Notes under the pieces: generated by a model
The model's database searches: none
Seen by the model: only the letters and a program-made list of their open reading frames with translations
Told to the model about the DNA's origin: nothing
Assembly: GCF_006345805.1 (NCBI RefSeq)
Contig: NC_043015.1
Coordinates: forward strand, 11,780,001-11,844,000
Direction of reading: 5' to 3'
DNA from: Octopus sinensis
Lineage: Eukaryota
Length of the DNA: 64,000 nt
Shown here: positions 27,759 to 41,447 of the stretch, piece by piece
How positions within the stretch are numbered: position 1 is the stretch's first letter
Layout of the letters: each line of letters starts with the position of its first letter
Translations under genes and position numbers: made by a program

Positions 27759-30700
27759 ATATATATACACGTTTGTGTGTGTGTGTGTGTGTGTGTGCAT
27801 GTGTGTAAAGAGAGAATGAGAGAGGCAGAGACAGACAAAGACAAACATAAAAGGAGCGGAGCGGGCGGTGAGGTGAAGAAATGTCGAATGAAGATGTTTC
27901 TCTTCGGGAGTCCTCGGGGCGGGTATACCTTTCACTAAGTTTACAGCTTCTTTCTTTTATCATCCGATCTTAGTACCTCATTCAACCTTCCAAATATACA
28001 ATATTGAAACTTTATATATCAACACAAACATTCCGAACGTGTTTATCGTCTGTATTTACTCTTTGTATTGGAAGCAATTCTAAATGTTAGTGGCTTTCAT
28101 AGTTTAAGCTCTTCTCGAATGATTAAACTTTTTTTATAGTTAGATCTGGTCTGCTTCCAACATCCTGTAGGCAATGCGACGTTCTTGAAGTTCCAACCTA
28201 CACAATATCTAATTTATTTCTTTACATTAAGTTTCAGTTTTTGTTCCCGATTTTCTGTTGTATGTATAACAAAAAAGAAAGATATCTATGTGTCTGTTCT
28301 GTGTGTGTGGTATATATTTGCCTCCCTTTACTTTCTGATTTCAAACCCTATTGAAATCGCTTTTCCTGACTTTTATACTTGAGGGTTGGGTTTGTGTAAA
28401 ATTAAATACCAGTCAACTACTAGGATCGATTAAATCGATCATATCTCCACACAAAATTTCTTAGCTCTGTGCTTATGTTAGAGAGAAGTATTATTATTAA
28501 TATTATTGATACTGTATCGTCAGTAGTTTTACACTTTATCTTGACTCCAAATAAACAATTGCTTTTCAGATGTCTTCGCAGTATTGTCTTTTATTGCACT
28601 TAAATGTTTTCGGTTTCTCCATTCATTTACTTTCTTTCTTTTTTCTGTTCAGATATTTCGTTTTCTTGTTTCTTCTCCTGTTATATTGGCGTGGTTCTGA
28701 TTTGTTGTGAAAACTTTTTATGGTATCAGGAGATGTCTGTGTACAATTTATGTTGCGAGATTCACTGTTGGTAAATTGAAAATGTATTTCATTAAAATGT
28801 ATACAATGTCCATTATACCTGTTCGCTGGGAGTGTGTACAAAGTTTTCAAACCTGGCATAGATTTCAATCATGTTCGTTTTCTTTATCATATTCATTTCA
28901 CCATGTTTACTAGTTATATTTCCACTTTAAAATAACACAGCTTACTTCTCCCTGTTTTGTGACCGGTATACAGTAGAAAGCTTTTTGATTCATGTGCTAC
29001 GCTGGCCTCAAACATGTCGAGATACCTTACAAATTACATAATCGTTTTTTCCTTTCCCAGTTGGTATCTAGACGTAGGTTCAGTTTAAATTTTCTTATAT
29101 AGACAGAATGTCTCACCTATACTATATCACTGTTACATTGTGAGTTTGATAACTACTTATAGGATTCAAATTCAATTTCCTTGGCGAGGTTGAAACCCTT
29201 TGGAATATTACTTGGCTACTGAGTTTGGAATTTGATTTTAAAATCTCTTTTTGACTTGTAAAATCGATTTCCATTTCACTCTGGTATGTTCGTTATTTTT
29301 CCTCGTTATGGATAAAATTTGTTCATAATTCGGGGATTTTGGTCATTACATCCACGATTTTATTTTGCAAAAGTGATGTTGTTTTCCAGTCGAGCTCTTA
29401 TAATTTGTGATAATATGAACCTTAATCATTTGTGTTTTGTTGTCACAAGACGAATTGTTTTCAAAGTCATTTGTAACCAAAATGGGTTTTTTTTCTATCT
29501 TTGGTAAGCTATTCTTGTGTTATTCAATGGAATATTTGCGTTGCACTATCAGTGGTTTGCAGAAAAATTTTGGAGATACATTTCTGGATTCTATACAGTT
29601 GTTCATGTTCTATAGTATTTGGAACATTGCTTCAGTTAATTCTTCCCAGGTGTGCACTGCGTTTATCTGATGCTGTGAACATTCTCACACCTTGGTGATC
29701 CGTCAGCCGTCCATGTTCTTCGTGTCTACATCTTCTAGTCCGAAATATACTTCACTAATAATGCCGGTTTAACTGCCTATCTAACTATCTCCGTCTCCTC
29801 ATATATATATACTTGGAAATGGATGAGTGGCGTTCAATTAAATAATAATAATAATACATAATATATATGTATATATGTATGTATGTAAATATGTATATAT
29901 GTATGTATGTATGTATGTATCTATGTATGTATGTATGTATGTATGTATGTATGTATCTATGTATGTATGTATGTATGTATGTATGTATGTATATGCATAT
30001 ATATGTACAGGACGTCACCACTTGTGTAAACAACATGAAATACGTAGACAAACGGGTTAAATACATAACCAGCGAGAGAAAACAATGGAAAACAGGACGA
30101 ATAAACACAGAGAGAGACGACCCTTCATCAGTTGTTAGCTGTCTATTTACTCCTCATTTCGAGCATTCAATGACAGTATGAGTCTTCAAAGACAGTTGCT
30201 CCCATACACTCTAAAATAAAATTTAGCATTTATGGAGGGTGAAAGTTGTGAACAAAGTCAGGACAGAGGAGACATACAAGGAAACCGAACGAAAACAAAT
30301 CTGAAGGGTCGTTAGACCAAAACTAGAGGGAAATAATGAATGCTGGGTGAAATATTCTCTTTGAAAAGAGAAAAAATGGAAGAGAGAGTAAAATATATCC
30401 AGTCGTTTCAACGTCCGTGCAGGATAAGAAAGATGGTCACCTGAGGAAAGGTAAGATGGACGATGGTCACGTGCGAGCAAGAAGAGAGAGAAATAGAGAA
30501 ACAGGGGGAAAGTGAGAGACACATATAAAAAACGGTAAAAGAGGGAAGGGGAGAGAAAGGGAATTAGAGAAGGGTGGAGGAGGAAAACAGTATAGGGTTG
30601 CATGCAAAAGGTAAAGATAAACACACTTGGAAACGGATGCGTGGCGCTCATAAAAATAATAATAAATAATATTATATATGTATACATATCTTTCTCTAAT

Positions 30701-31162
30701 TCCATGGGAGAGGGGACTGAGGACACGACCCTCCGAGGAATAGTGAGCAGGGAAGATCCATCGATACATGTGCATGTGTGGATGTATATATACATGTGTA
30801 TGATATATATATATATATATATATATATTGATATATATATATAGTATATATATGTATATATATATAATATATATATATATATTGTATATATATATATATA
30901 TTATATATATATATTAATATATATATATATATATATATGTGGTGTGTGTGTGTGTGTTTTTATTCTTAAACTAGATACTTTCGACTGTGATTTGGAGTTA
31001 CGGTCAGTTAAGCCTTCACGGATGATGGTTTAACTGGCCGTAATTTCAAAAACATTGTCCACTATATTCTTGTTTAAGTATAAAGTTGTATTCTACAAGA
31101 GTATCGAGTCACATTGTGAAAATATTTTTATTACAACTAAGCATAACAACAAATATATATAT

Positions 31163-31228
<66 letters not shown>

Positions 31229-31413
31229 CACACATACATACAGACAGACAGACAACCAGACAGACAGACAGACATCTCTGTCTTATGATACTGTAAATAA
31301 CTTCTTTTGAGGCAAGCATCATAACAAATTCTGGCTTCATTCATTAAACTGACCCATAAATATAACACTTCGGTCAGAACAAATTTCATGAATGCACTGG
31401 TGTCAACACTCAC

Positions 31414-31599
31414 CTTGGTATTTCAAACTATGGTTTATAAAATCAACAGTTCTTCTAGAAACTGCGCACGTTTCAATAGACGGGATTGCAATGCGAATGT
31501 TGTCAGATAGTAAAATAGACATCAATCCGAAGTGAAGTGCAAAGGCAACACTTTCAAAATCAGATGTGACAGCGATCCTACACTTTGTAGCAATAAGCT
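31414..31599 (-). CDS. Candidate exon (LIATKCRIAVTSDFESVAFALHFGLMSILLSDN...NHSLKYQ); alternative start at 31577
   Basis: Strong donor CAAG|gtgagt and an open frame. The AAG acceptor gives phase 1; the TAG acceptor (31578-31580) gives phase 2. Confidence 0.6.
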
Positions 31600-31636
31600 C
31601 TTTGATGACGGTAGTAAAGAAGGATATTGCGGAATA

Positions 31637-32045
31637 AAGGCGGCGAGCTGGCAGAAACGTTAGCACGCCGGGCGAAATGCTTAGCGGTATTTCGTCTGCC
31701 GTTACGTTCTGAGTTCAAATTCCGCCGAGGTCGACTTGGCTTTTCATCCTTTCGGGGTCGATAAATTAAGTACCAGTTACGCACTGGGGTCGATGTAATC
31801 GATTTAATACCTATGTCTGTCCTTGTTTGTCCCCTTTGTATTTAGCCCCTTGTCGGTAATAAAGAAATAGATATTTTTTCAGACGTTACGTTCCGTGTTT
31901 GGATGCCGATGAGATTGACTTTGCCTTTCATCCGTGCGGGGTCGATAAGATAAGTTCCATTTAAACACTGAGGTCGATTTAATCGGTTTACCATCTTCCC
32001 CGAATTTCCTAACCTAGTGCCAAAATTTGAAACCCATATTACGAT
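31637..32045 (+). mobile_element. SINE family A (31637-31870) plus a diverged tandem partial copy
   Basis: Same head and core motifs. Confidence 0.85.
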
Positions 32046-32734
32046 TGGAATCATATTTTTCAAAGTCTGACTCAGGCATATAACTTCTAAGTTTTTCGTT
32101 TCGTGATTCGAAACAGTTCAATCGCTCATCTATATCGAAATCAAACACGTTGTCTTCACAGTAAATCCTGTTTACTAAAATGCAAGCTGGGAGATTGTTC
32201 TGAATTTTAATTCACAAAAATAGGTAAGAGCTGACATTTATAAGCATTTATATGATGTAATCAATAACCATGTAACTAGAAGAGAAGTTTGATCATTTTT
32301 GCATTCCTCCTTCCAAGGTTAACGTTCGCCCTCGATTCATACATGATGAAAGGAAGAGTTATACTAAGAGCTCAAATACTGCAATTTTTGCTCTGACGCA
32401 GTAAAACGGCTGTCATGAAATGTTATGGGAGAATCCTGAGTACCCCACGTGATTAAATCTGGAGTAGTTACAATAAATAAGAAGTAAGTGAACTGTCAGC
32501 AGGGGCAGTTAACGGTGCTAGTTTCGACCGTGTTGGTTGACCGTGTTAGTCCGACACGTGTTGGTTTAATAGTCGGTAGTTAAACAGTGAATACTGAGTA
32601 ACGAACCCACGTTCGCGTGTGTTCTGTGTTAACATATATTTCTGCGACAGGTTATTTTAGATAACCACAACCATTTATTTGTAGAATATCATTTAACAGC
32701 AGGCGCGTATACCCCCGTCATAGCATGAAATTAC

Positions 32735-32892
32735 CCAATTCCAACAAGTACAAAGCATGAACAGCATGAGATTTGTTATTCTTGTTTTCATGGCGCTTTT
32801 TCATCTTCTCCATTCGTTAATATACCACTACACTTATCGCCTGCTCGCTCATTTGGAAAATGACCAACGTGTTTACTTCACTTAAGAAATTT
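32735..32892 (-). pseudogene. Candidate exon, phase 2-1, with one in-frame TAA (NFLSEVNTLVIFQMSEQAISVVVY*RMEKMKKRH...LYLLEL)
   Basis: Acceptor tgtgcttctgtacag, donor G|gtaatt. Phases fit both neighbours; TAA at 32817-32819. Confidence 0.35.
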
Positions 32893-33021
32893 CTGTACAG
32901 AAGCACAAAAATCCTAAGGACACAAAGCTTACGGCCTTTTTTGAAGTTGTGCCAATATGATGATTTTCCATATACATTACTGCATTATCACGTGTTGCTT
33001 AGCTTGCTGGTTACATTTTAA

Positions 33022-33175
33022 GCGCAGGCGTGGCTGTGTAGTAAGAAGCTTGCTTCCCAACCACAGAGCTCCGGGTTCAGCCCCACAGCGTGGCAGGCTG
33101 GGCGAATGTTTTCTACTATAGCTTCGGGTGACTAAAGCAGTGGGAGTAGATTTGATTGATGGGAGGTGAAGCCTG
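33022..33175 (+). mobile_element. SINE family B head
   Basis: gcgcaggcgtggctgtgtagtaagaagcttgcttcccaaccac. Confidence 0.8.
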
Positions 33176-33685
33176 TTTTATACATACATATATATATATA
33201 TATATTATATATATATATTGTTATATTTCGGAATGGTCATATTGCCAGTTTATCCAAATATTTAAACGTATATATATATAGATATATATATATATATATA
33301 TATTGTTATATTTCGGATGGTCATATTGCCAGTTTATCCAAATATTTACGTATATATATATATATATAATTATATATATATATTATATATATAAACAGGT
33401 CGTCATCGATTTATGACATATCCGTACTAACTATCGACTTTTGGGTGATTGGTAGCTGGCAGCAATAATAAATAGTCCAGTTAAGATCTGATGGGCTTAA
33501 TTTCTTAGAGATTAACCCGTCTACGGATGATTTCGGCTAAAAAACGCTTCCCCTAGGTTTGGTCGTCGATCACCACAGTGTTGGATTACTATCCTGTCGC
33601 GCAGACATCCAGACAGCCTCGTATTTGTTTATATAAGAGGAGTGCTTCAGATTCCGAAATTTTCGACTAACGCCAATATATGGTG

Positions 33686-33980
33686 AAGCACTCCGTCGGT
33701 TACGACGACGAAGGTTCTGGTTGATCCGATCAACGGAACAGCCTGCTCATAAAATTAACGTGTAAGTGGCTGAGCACTCTACAGACACGTGTACCCTTAA
33801 CGTAGTTCTCAGGGATATTCAGCGTGACACAGAGATTGACAAGGCCGCCCCTTTGAAATACAGGTACAACAGAAACAGGAAGTAAGAGTGAGAGAAAGTT
33901 GTGGTGAAAGAGTACAGCAGGGATCATCACCATCCCTGCCGGAGCCTCGTGGAGCTTTAGGTGTTTTCGCTCAATAAACA
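33686..33980 (-). mobile_element. 3' half of the same split SINE
   Basis: Continues exactly as the uninterrupted copy at 3834 (aaaacacctaaagctccacgaggctccggcaggg). Confidence 0.85.
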
Positions 33981-36979
33981 TCATCATCATCATCATTGTT
34001 CGACCGTGGTCGAGACAATGGAATTTACTATGTTACGCCAGACTTCACGGTCCATCATAGCATTACGGAGGTCCTGTTGCTGGATGCCTGTATCCCTGGA
34101 GATTACATCAGGGTAGGAGAGTGTGCGCCCTCTGGTATTGCGAGTAGATGGCTTCCAGAGGAGAAGAGTAGAAATTACTTCTTTTTCAGCTCTACAACAA
34201 TGTCCAGCAAACTGGACTCTCCTACCTTTCACAAGAGATGACACAGGTGGTAATTTCCCATATATTTGCATTTTGGTTGGATGGCGCTTCCACGAGAGAT
34301 TTTGAGCTCTCATAAGGAGGCGAGTGTAGGTTCCATCCAACCGCCTCTCAAGCTTCTTTGATAACGTCCAGGTTTCTGAGTCATATAGTAGAATTGGTTC
34401 GACTGTGGCTTTGAAGATTTCAAGTTTGAAGTCTCTACTTAGATTTGATGACCAGATCTTATGCATGTCATTACAGGCTGACCAGGCCATACCCTCTTTC
34501 TAGTTAGAAAGTTTTTTCCAGATGATGATATGTATAACCCAAGATATTTATAATCAGAAATTTAAGGCGCACTAAAGGCGAGTTTGAGAGTAATGATGCA
34601 ATCACTGTTGGACAGGCACTTGTTTATGTATTCAGTTTTGGCCTCATTGAGGTAAAGAGCTACACAATTGAGGCTTGTTCAAGAGATTGTAAAAGAGACT
34701 GGGCATTGGAGAGAGAATCACTGATAAGAGCGATGTCGTCAGCAAAGTCAGTGTCTGTCAAGTACTCAGCTGGTGTCTGGAACTTCTTGGTTTTATTTCA
34801 AAGCCCTTGCCAGAGATGGTATCAACTGACATACGTAGCACATAATCAAAACACTGATGAAAAGAAATGAGGCGAGTGTGTCTCCCTGCAGTATTCCGGC
34901 TTTGATTGAGAAAGATGATGTTTCTCCATCAGGGGTTAAGATGGTTGAAGACGTATCTGTGTAGAGGACCTTGATGGCAGAAATAATTTTGTCTGGTATC
35001 CCATAGAGCTTAGGGATTTCAAACATCTTGTACCTATCTACAGAATCGAACGCTTTAGAAAAGTCTACAAATACCATTGCAAGATCGCGATTAAATGCTT
35101 TTGATTCTTCAATAAGTCTGCGCAGGCATAGTATCTGGCTCAGCGTTGAGCACCCATGTCTGAATCCATTTTGGTTCTTTCGGATCAAAGGTTCAACAAA
35201 AAGGACAAGACGATTTAGGATCAGTTTGTTGTACAGTTTTGCAGCAATTGACATTAGAGATATACCCCTGTAGTTAGTGACGAGGGATAAATCGCCTTTT
35301 TTGGGTATTGGAATGATTTGAGATTGGTGCCAAATCTTTGGAGCGACAAAGGTGGAAAGTGTGTGGTTGCAGAGGTTGAGCAAAAGTGTGTGAAATCTAT
35401 CATCCTTCCAAATTACAGCTGGGATGTTGTCGGGACCAAATGCTTTCGAGGCTTTTAGTTGCTTGGTGGCTGCTGTTAGTTCAAATATGGTAAAAGGGGA
35501 GGTGTTGATGTCCAGCGTGTCTGATATAGGCACACTTGGAAGAGTGGGGTTATCAGGGATTTTGGCATTCTTCCCAAGGAGGTTTTTAAAATGGGTTGAC
35601 CAATTTTCTAAACGCTTCTTAGCTGATCCCCCTTTAATTCTAATTGATGATCCAGAATTTTTGCCTGATAGGTCTTTGATGGATTTCCAGGCGAGATGGG
35701 TTTTTTTACTAATGTGCTCTTTCGATAGTTTACTAATTTTGCCATTGATAAATTCGACCTCGGCGTTCAGGTAAGCCTTCTCAAGATTCTTCCTGGCAGC
35801 TATGAGTTGGATCTTCAGTGACTGGGATGGAGAATCTATAGTGATATAGATTTTAGATGGTTTCTGGCTTCGATGACATTTGGGGAATTAGAAGGTTTGC
35901 TCTGGCCCCTACTCTTCCTTTTGGGAAGAGTAGCCAGTGCAACTTCCTCTGTTGATTTGATGAGGCTGCTGTATACTTCCTCAATGTTCTCAGCATCTAT
36001 TTCAGAAGTAGACAGAGATTGAAATGTGTTATAGACCTCAATAGTAAATTGTTTGGACATATCGGGGTTAGATAAGACTTCCTCCCAGTCGATCATTTTG
36101 ATCGGGTGAGGCTTAGTTTTTTTGGTTGAGCGAAGACTAAACTTAACGGTAGCTGATACAATTCTGTGGTCAGAGCCGACAGAACTAAAGGAAGAGTAGG
36201 ATCTCGAGTCTTTAACACTATTGCGCCATTTCTTTCGAAAGATGAGGTAGTCAATTTGTGCCCTATCACCAAGTGGGGACTCAAATGTCCAAAGTTGACC
36301 TTTTGGTTTCATAAAAGAATTGTTGGAGGTGTAGAGATTAAATTCCTCCAAGAAGTCTTTGAGCATTTCTCCGTTCCGATTAGTTTTAGAGTTGAAAGTA
36401 AACTTGGTCTCATCGGGTCCTAGTCTAGCATTCAGATCACCAGCTATAGCCAGAAAATTATGGAGAGGTACTTGCTCAATGGTTGAACGAAGGGTTGTAT
36501 AAAAATTTTCAATTTCGTCTGCCACAGACGAATTATGTGGGCTATACACACATACCAATGTTGTTTTTTGGGTTTCCATCTATCTCAAGCACCATAATTC
36601 TAGGTGAGATTGACTCTATACTCAAGAGAGTATCACTAGCTTTTGATGAAAGTAGAAATCCGATACCTCCAACTGTTGAATTAACAGTATTCTTTGATGC
36701 TGAGGAGGTTACAAGTTGATAAGAACCGACTTGATGGTATTTGAGGATGTTGTCAGGGTGGTAAAATCGGTGTTCTTGGACAGCTATTATATCAATGCCA
36801 TGTGATTCTGCATTTGCACCAAGTTCTTCTAGACGGCCAAGAGAGCTGAGGGTGCGAGCATTGAGGGTGCTGAGTATCGTATGATTTTTACAGCTGATGA
36901 GGTGTTTGTTTGGTGTTGTTTGGTTGGGAGCTGACTCTTCTCCATCAGGTGATACCCGTCTGTTAAGATTGAGGGTGAT
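33981..36979 (-). mobile_element. RTE-clade LINE (APE endonuclease + RT), frameshifted, with (TGA)n tail
   Basis: APE motifs TLNARTL, VQEHR, GDLNAR, QIDYL, SDHR. RT motifs YRGISLM, FVDFSKAFDSV, LQGDTL, FADD. Flanked by the 12-bp TSD gctcaataaaca (33969-33980, 36980-36991). Confidence 0.95.
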
Positions 36980-37074
36980 GCTCAATAAACACTCACAACG
37001 CCCGGTCTGGGAATCGAAACCGCGATCCTACGACCGCGAGTCCGCTGCCCTAACCACTGGGCCATTGCGCCTCC
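36980..37074 (-). mobile_element. 5' half (tRNA-like head) of a SINE split by the RTE LINE
   Basis: A/B-box-like head GGAGGCGCAATGGCCCAGTGGTTAGG...GGTTTCGATTCCC; matches the copy at 3834. Confidence 0.85.
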
Positions 37075-37225
37075 ATCGCCAATATAATAGTATAATACAG
37101 AATGATGTGAGTGAGTTTTACCTGAGTATGCACCTTAAGGATGTAAAAATATAAAACAAAGCTATTTAGGCCTATAGGCTGACTTACGACCAGTCAGTCG
37201 GTACTAACTATGGTAAGTCGACGAC

Positions 37226-37350
<125 letters not shown>

Positions 37351-37602
37351 GTATGTAGTATGTTGTGGTGTGTTGTGTGTTAGAGGGAAAGGGCAACAAA
37401 AACCAAGGCAGGAACACATCATTCAAAATACAACCAAAATACTTCACGGAAGTATGGACCAACCTCCATACCCTGTGTGGAAAGATGAACTATGAACTTT
37501 TTTCTCCGGTCTGTATTCTTTTACCTACTTTTACACTTTATTCCTCCATTTTATTCCTTATAAATTGTGATTTTCCCTGTCTAAAACTTTCGCACATACA
37601 TT

Positions 37603-37677
37603 GTCTCTGATGACGGAATACCTATGTACGGACATGCTAGCCTATCACTTGGGATATCCCAGAAACAGCTGTAAGAC
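37603..37677 (+). ncRNA. Type-I hammerhead ribozyme motif, degenerate stem II
   Basis: gucu-CUGAUGA-(48 nt)-GAAA-cagcug-UA-agac; palindromic stem III. Confidence 0.6.
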
Positions 37678-37939
37678 TTCAACTTCACCTTACCCTAATT
37701 AAATTGTTATAAGTGGCTTGCGATACTCGTCCTACCTTGTTTGTTTTTTTTTTGTTGTCCTTTACCCCTAATATATATATACCTACTAACACAGAAGCCT
37801 AATACGGATCTCTAGCTCCAGCTCCAGCTGTGGACTTGGAATCTAACGGATGACCAATTATAGCACTTACCCTTCCGGGTAGATCATCATTGAACTAAAT
37901 CTCTCATATTCTATATATATATATATAGATGTATATATA

Positions 37940-38025
<86 letters not shown>

Positions 38026-39020
38026 AGTAAGTGGTGCGAGAGAAAGAACATAGGCACGGTCCACAGATATACCCAGGCAAAGGCAGTGTGGAGAAGGGTG
38101 AGGGAATATCCATGTCCAGTGAATTCGCGAGCCAGTGTTGAGACTGGGTAGGCGGAGAGATTGGAAGTAGCATATGGAGATCTTGGTGTGGGTAGAGTAG
38201 AAGGAGGAGAATTTAAGGTAGGGTTGAGTCTGTGTGTTTGTAGTTGATGGTGGTGCTGTAAACGGAATGATGTATGCAGACAGAAATGTCGAGATATGCA
38301 TGTATGTATGTATGTATGTATGTATGTATGTATGTATGTATTTATGTATGTATGTATGTATGTATGTGTGGCTTTGTGTCCGTTTTTGTCACCTACCGCT
38401 GCTTGACAACCGGTGTTAGTACGTTTACGTCCCTGTAACTTAGTGGTTCGACAAAAAACGATATGATAAATACCAGAGTTAAAGCAGAAAAAATAATAAT
38501 GGGGCTTGAATCATCGGCTAAACGTTCGCTAAGGCGGTGCCCCAGCATGGCGGCAATCTAATGATTGAAACAGAAAAACGATGAAAGATTATCAGATCCC
38601 ATCTTATTTTACATGGGAAAACAAACAATTTGTAACGAGCAAAGACATCACTCCTCATTCTATTATTTCAAAGATCGTCAAACTAAAGACATAGATTATG
38701 ACTGTTGTTTCATTAGGTAATATCAACACACCCATTCTTGGTGGGTCATACATCATATTCTACATTCTACATTCAGGCACATCAGGAACTTTGACGTAAA
38801 CTGTTCACTTATTGCAACATTTCAACATTAACATAGAATTCAGTTTACTGCAAATATTTTATATCCCTTGGAACGTGCAAGTCTAATGTCACAGAGTCTC
38901 CAGCTAAATAGGTATTTTGGGAATAGCTCTTACGTAAATTACATCAACTGCAGCTATGCAATGGACACGTCTAATGGTCAGGAAGTTTCTGTCGCAAGCC
39001 CACGCGGAAACTATGCTCAC

Positions 39021-39092
39021 CGGGTTATCAAAAATACATAGCAATTTTCTTTCACCTGTATACTTCTTGCCACATTGATGTGAAATGGGCAG
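39021..39092 (-). CDS. Candidate 72-nt exon, phase 2-2 (CPFHINVARSIQVKENCYVFLIT)
   Basis: CAG acceptor, donor CG|gtgagc. A second frame is also open. Confidence 0.35.
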
Positions 39093-39244
39093 CTGAATCC
39101 CACAAATGATCGTGTACATATATATGTATTTTGTAATCTCAATCGCTAATACGAGATCGATTGTATTTTATTTTGATTATGGTTATAACCCTTGGCTCCA
39201 CTAACATTATTTTGATTTGTCGATCTTCATATATTCATTTATAT

Positions 39245-39563
39245 TTCTACCAGTTGTTCTACCTTTTCCTTGTCTCAGTCATTAGATTGCAGCCATAATA
39301 GGACATCACCTTCAAGAATTTAAGTGGAATGAATCGACCCTACTGCTTAAATTTTTTGCAAAGTCTGGTACATAGTATATCGGTATCCTTTTGCTGAACC
39401 ATTAGGTTACGGATACGTAAACACACCAACACCCAATTGTCAAGCGATGGTGGGAGATAAACACAGACACAGACACACACACACACACACAACACACACA
39501 CACACACACACCACACACACACACGAACACACACAACACACACATATTATATTATATATAATA

Positions 39564-39601
<38 letters not shown>

Positions 39602-39760
39602 GACACTCTTCTTTCAGTTTCTATCAGCCAAAACTACTCACAGTGCTTTGGTCCGCCCGAGGATTCATTTGAAGATAGCTGCCTAAGGTGCCACGCAAAG
39701 TGAATGAACCCAAAACCACGTGGTTAGGAAACAAGTTTCTTACCACATAGCCACCAATTG
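39245..39760 (-). mobile_element. SINE family B with internal (AT)n/(GT)n
   Basis: Head 39600-39760, tail 39245-39480. Confidence 0.7.
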
Positions 39761-39905
39761 TCTGTGTTATGTAAGTATGGATACGTGCACTCTGTTATGT
39801 AAGCATGGATACGTGCACACATACGTAAACACATACAGACACACATACAAACATACATATATGCATACGTACACACATACATACATGCCTACATACATAC
39901 ATACA

Positions 39906-39938
<33 letters not shown>

Positions 39939-41167
39939 GCATTCATACACGCTTACGGCACCTAATGTTGCTGCGGAGCAGCTTGGTATGAAACGGAGGT
40001 ATGGTTGAGAGGGTAAGAAGCTCGTGGTTTCGAGTTCTGACTCACTGCGGGTCACCTTGGACAAAGGTCGCTTATTATAACTCCAGATGTACGAAACTGA
40101 GAGTGAATTTGATAGACGAAAGCTGTGGTCGACGAAAATTGAGTGGGTGCGCTGCGAGCTGGTCTTTTATTCTGTCTTATGATATTTACACTGCCAGCCT
40201 GCAATTTGTCTACGGTGAGCCGCCGATTAGCGTACGATGACTGGAATATCAAAGGGGAGACAACCTCTCTTTTCAGCTCGCAGAGCACCCTGTCCGGTTT
40301 TTGTTACCGAAGAGGATATAACTACTTTGAAACGCTTGCATCTCACACGCCTGGTAGGTGGCGCCACGAGCTGATTTTAGGTGTAATTACATCATTTATG
40401 TGCTGCCAGATATTTTCTTCGTGAGAAAATACAGTGAATGACGTCGTTATACGTTCGAATATGTCACAAGCCGATCTAAACAGGTAGTAACTTTGTATTT
40501 ATACACATCACTTCTCAGCGCTGCCATTCCGTATTTGTGTATATCTACGTTTTCGTGTTTGTTCCTGCCATACTACTACACAATAGGTTTTGGCACCTCT
40601 CGAACTTGGCAGCTCGGTAAAAGAGACCGATAGAATAAGTGTCAGATTTTAAAATACGAATACTGGGGTCGATTTGTTTGACCATACCCTTCCAGGGTGT
40701 GCCTCAGAAGAACCGCAGTCCATTAACTTAAATAAGCAAACGATAAGGAACAAAAACCAAACGAAAAAACGAAAAGCAAGGACAAATTTTTGCATTTACG
40801 AATACATTAGATTGAAGCAATGCTATTGGTGGCTTTAAAGACTATAATCGATTTTTTTCGATCTCATTTCTTTTGAACTAGAATCATGAAAGCCGAAGAT
40901 GACATGGCCCGGATTTGAACTCAGAACATAATGGCTGACAACAAATACCGCAACATATTCTGTACTCTGTATGTTTTCTATAACTGCCATATATTTATAG
41001 AAAATATGTATATCTTATATGTTTTAGTCTTTGTCATAAAATCATGAATGGCATTTCAGCAAGCTGAAATTAATACTAATCAATATATATATATATATCA
41101 TACACATCAATATATAATAAATATATATATAAATATAATATATATATGTATATATATATATATATTC

Positions 41168-41200
<33 letters not shown>

Positions 41201-41416
41201 TTATTCATACACATACAATATATATAAATATATATACGTATATATATATTTATATACATCTTAATCCATATGTACTATATTTATGAACATAGACATATGT
41301 ATATATATGTACATAGACATATGTGAGTATATATATATATATATATATATACAACACTTTATATATATTGCATGTGCATATATGTATGTATATATACATA
41401 TATATTGATGTATATA

Positions 41417-41447
<31 letters not shown>

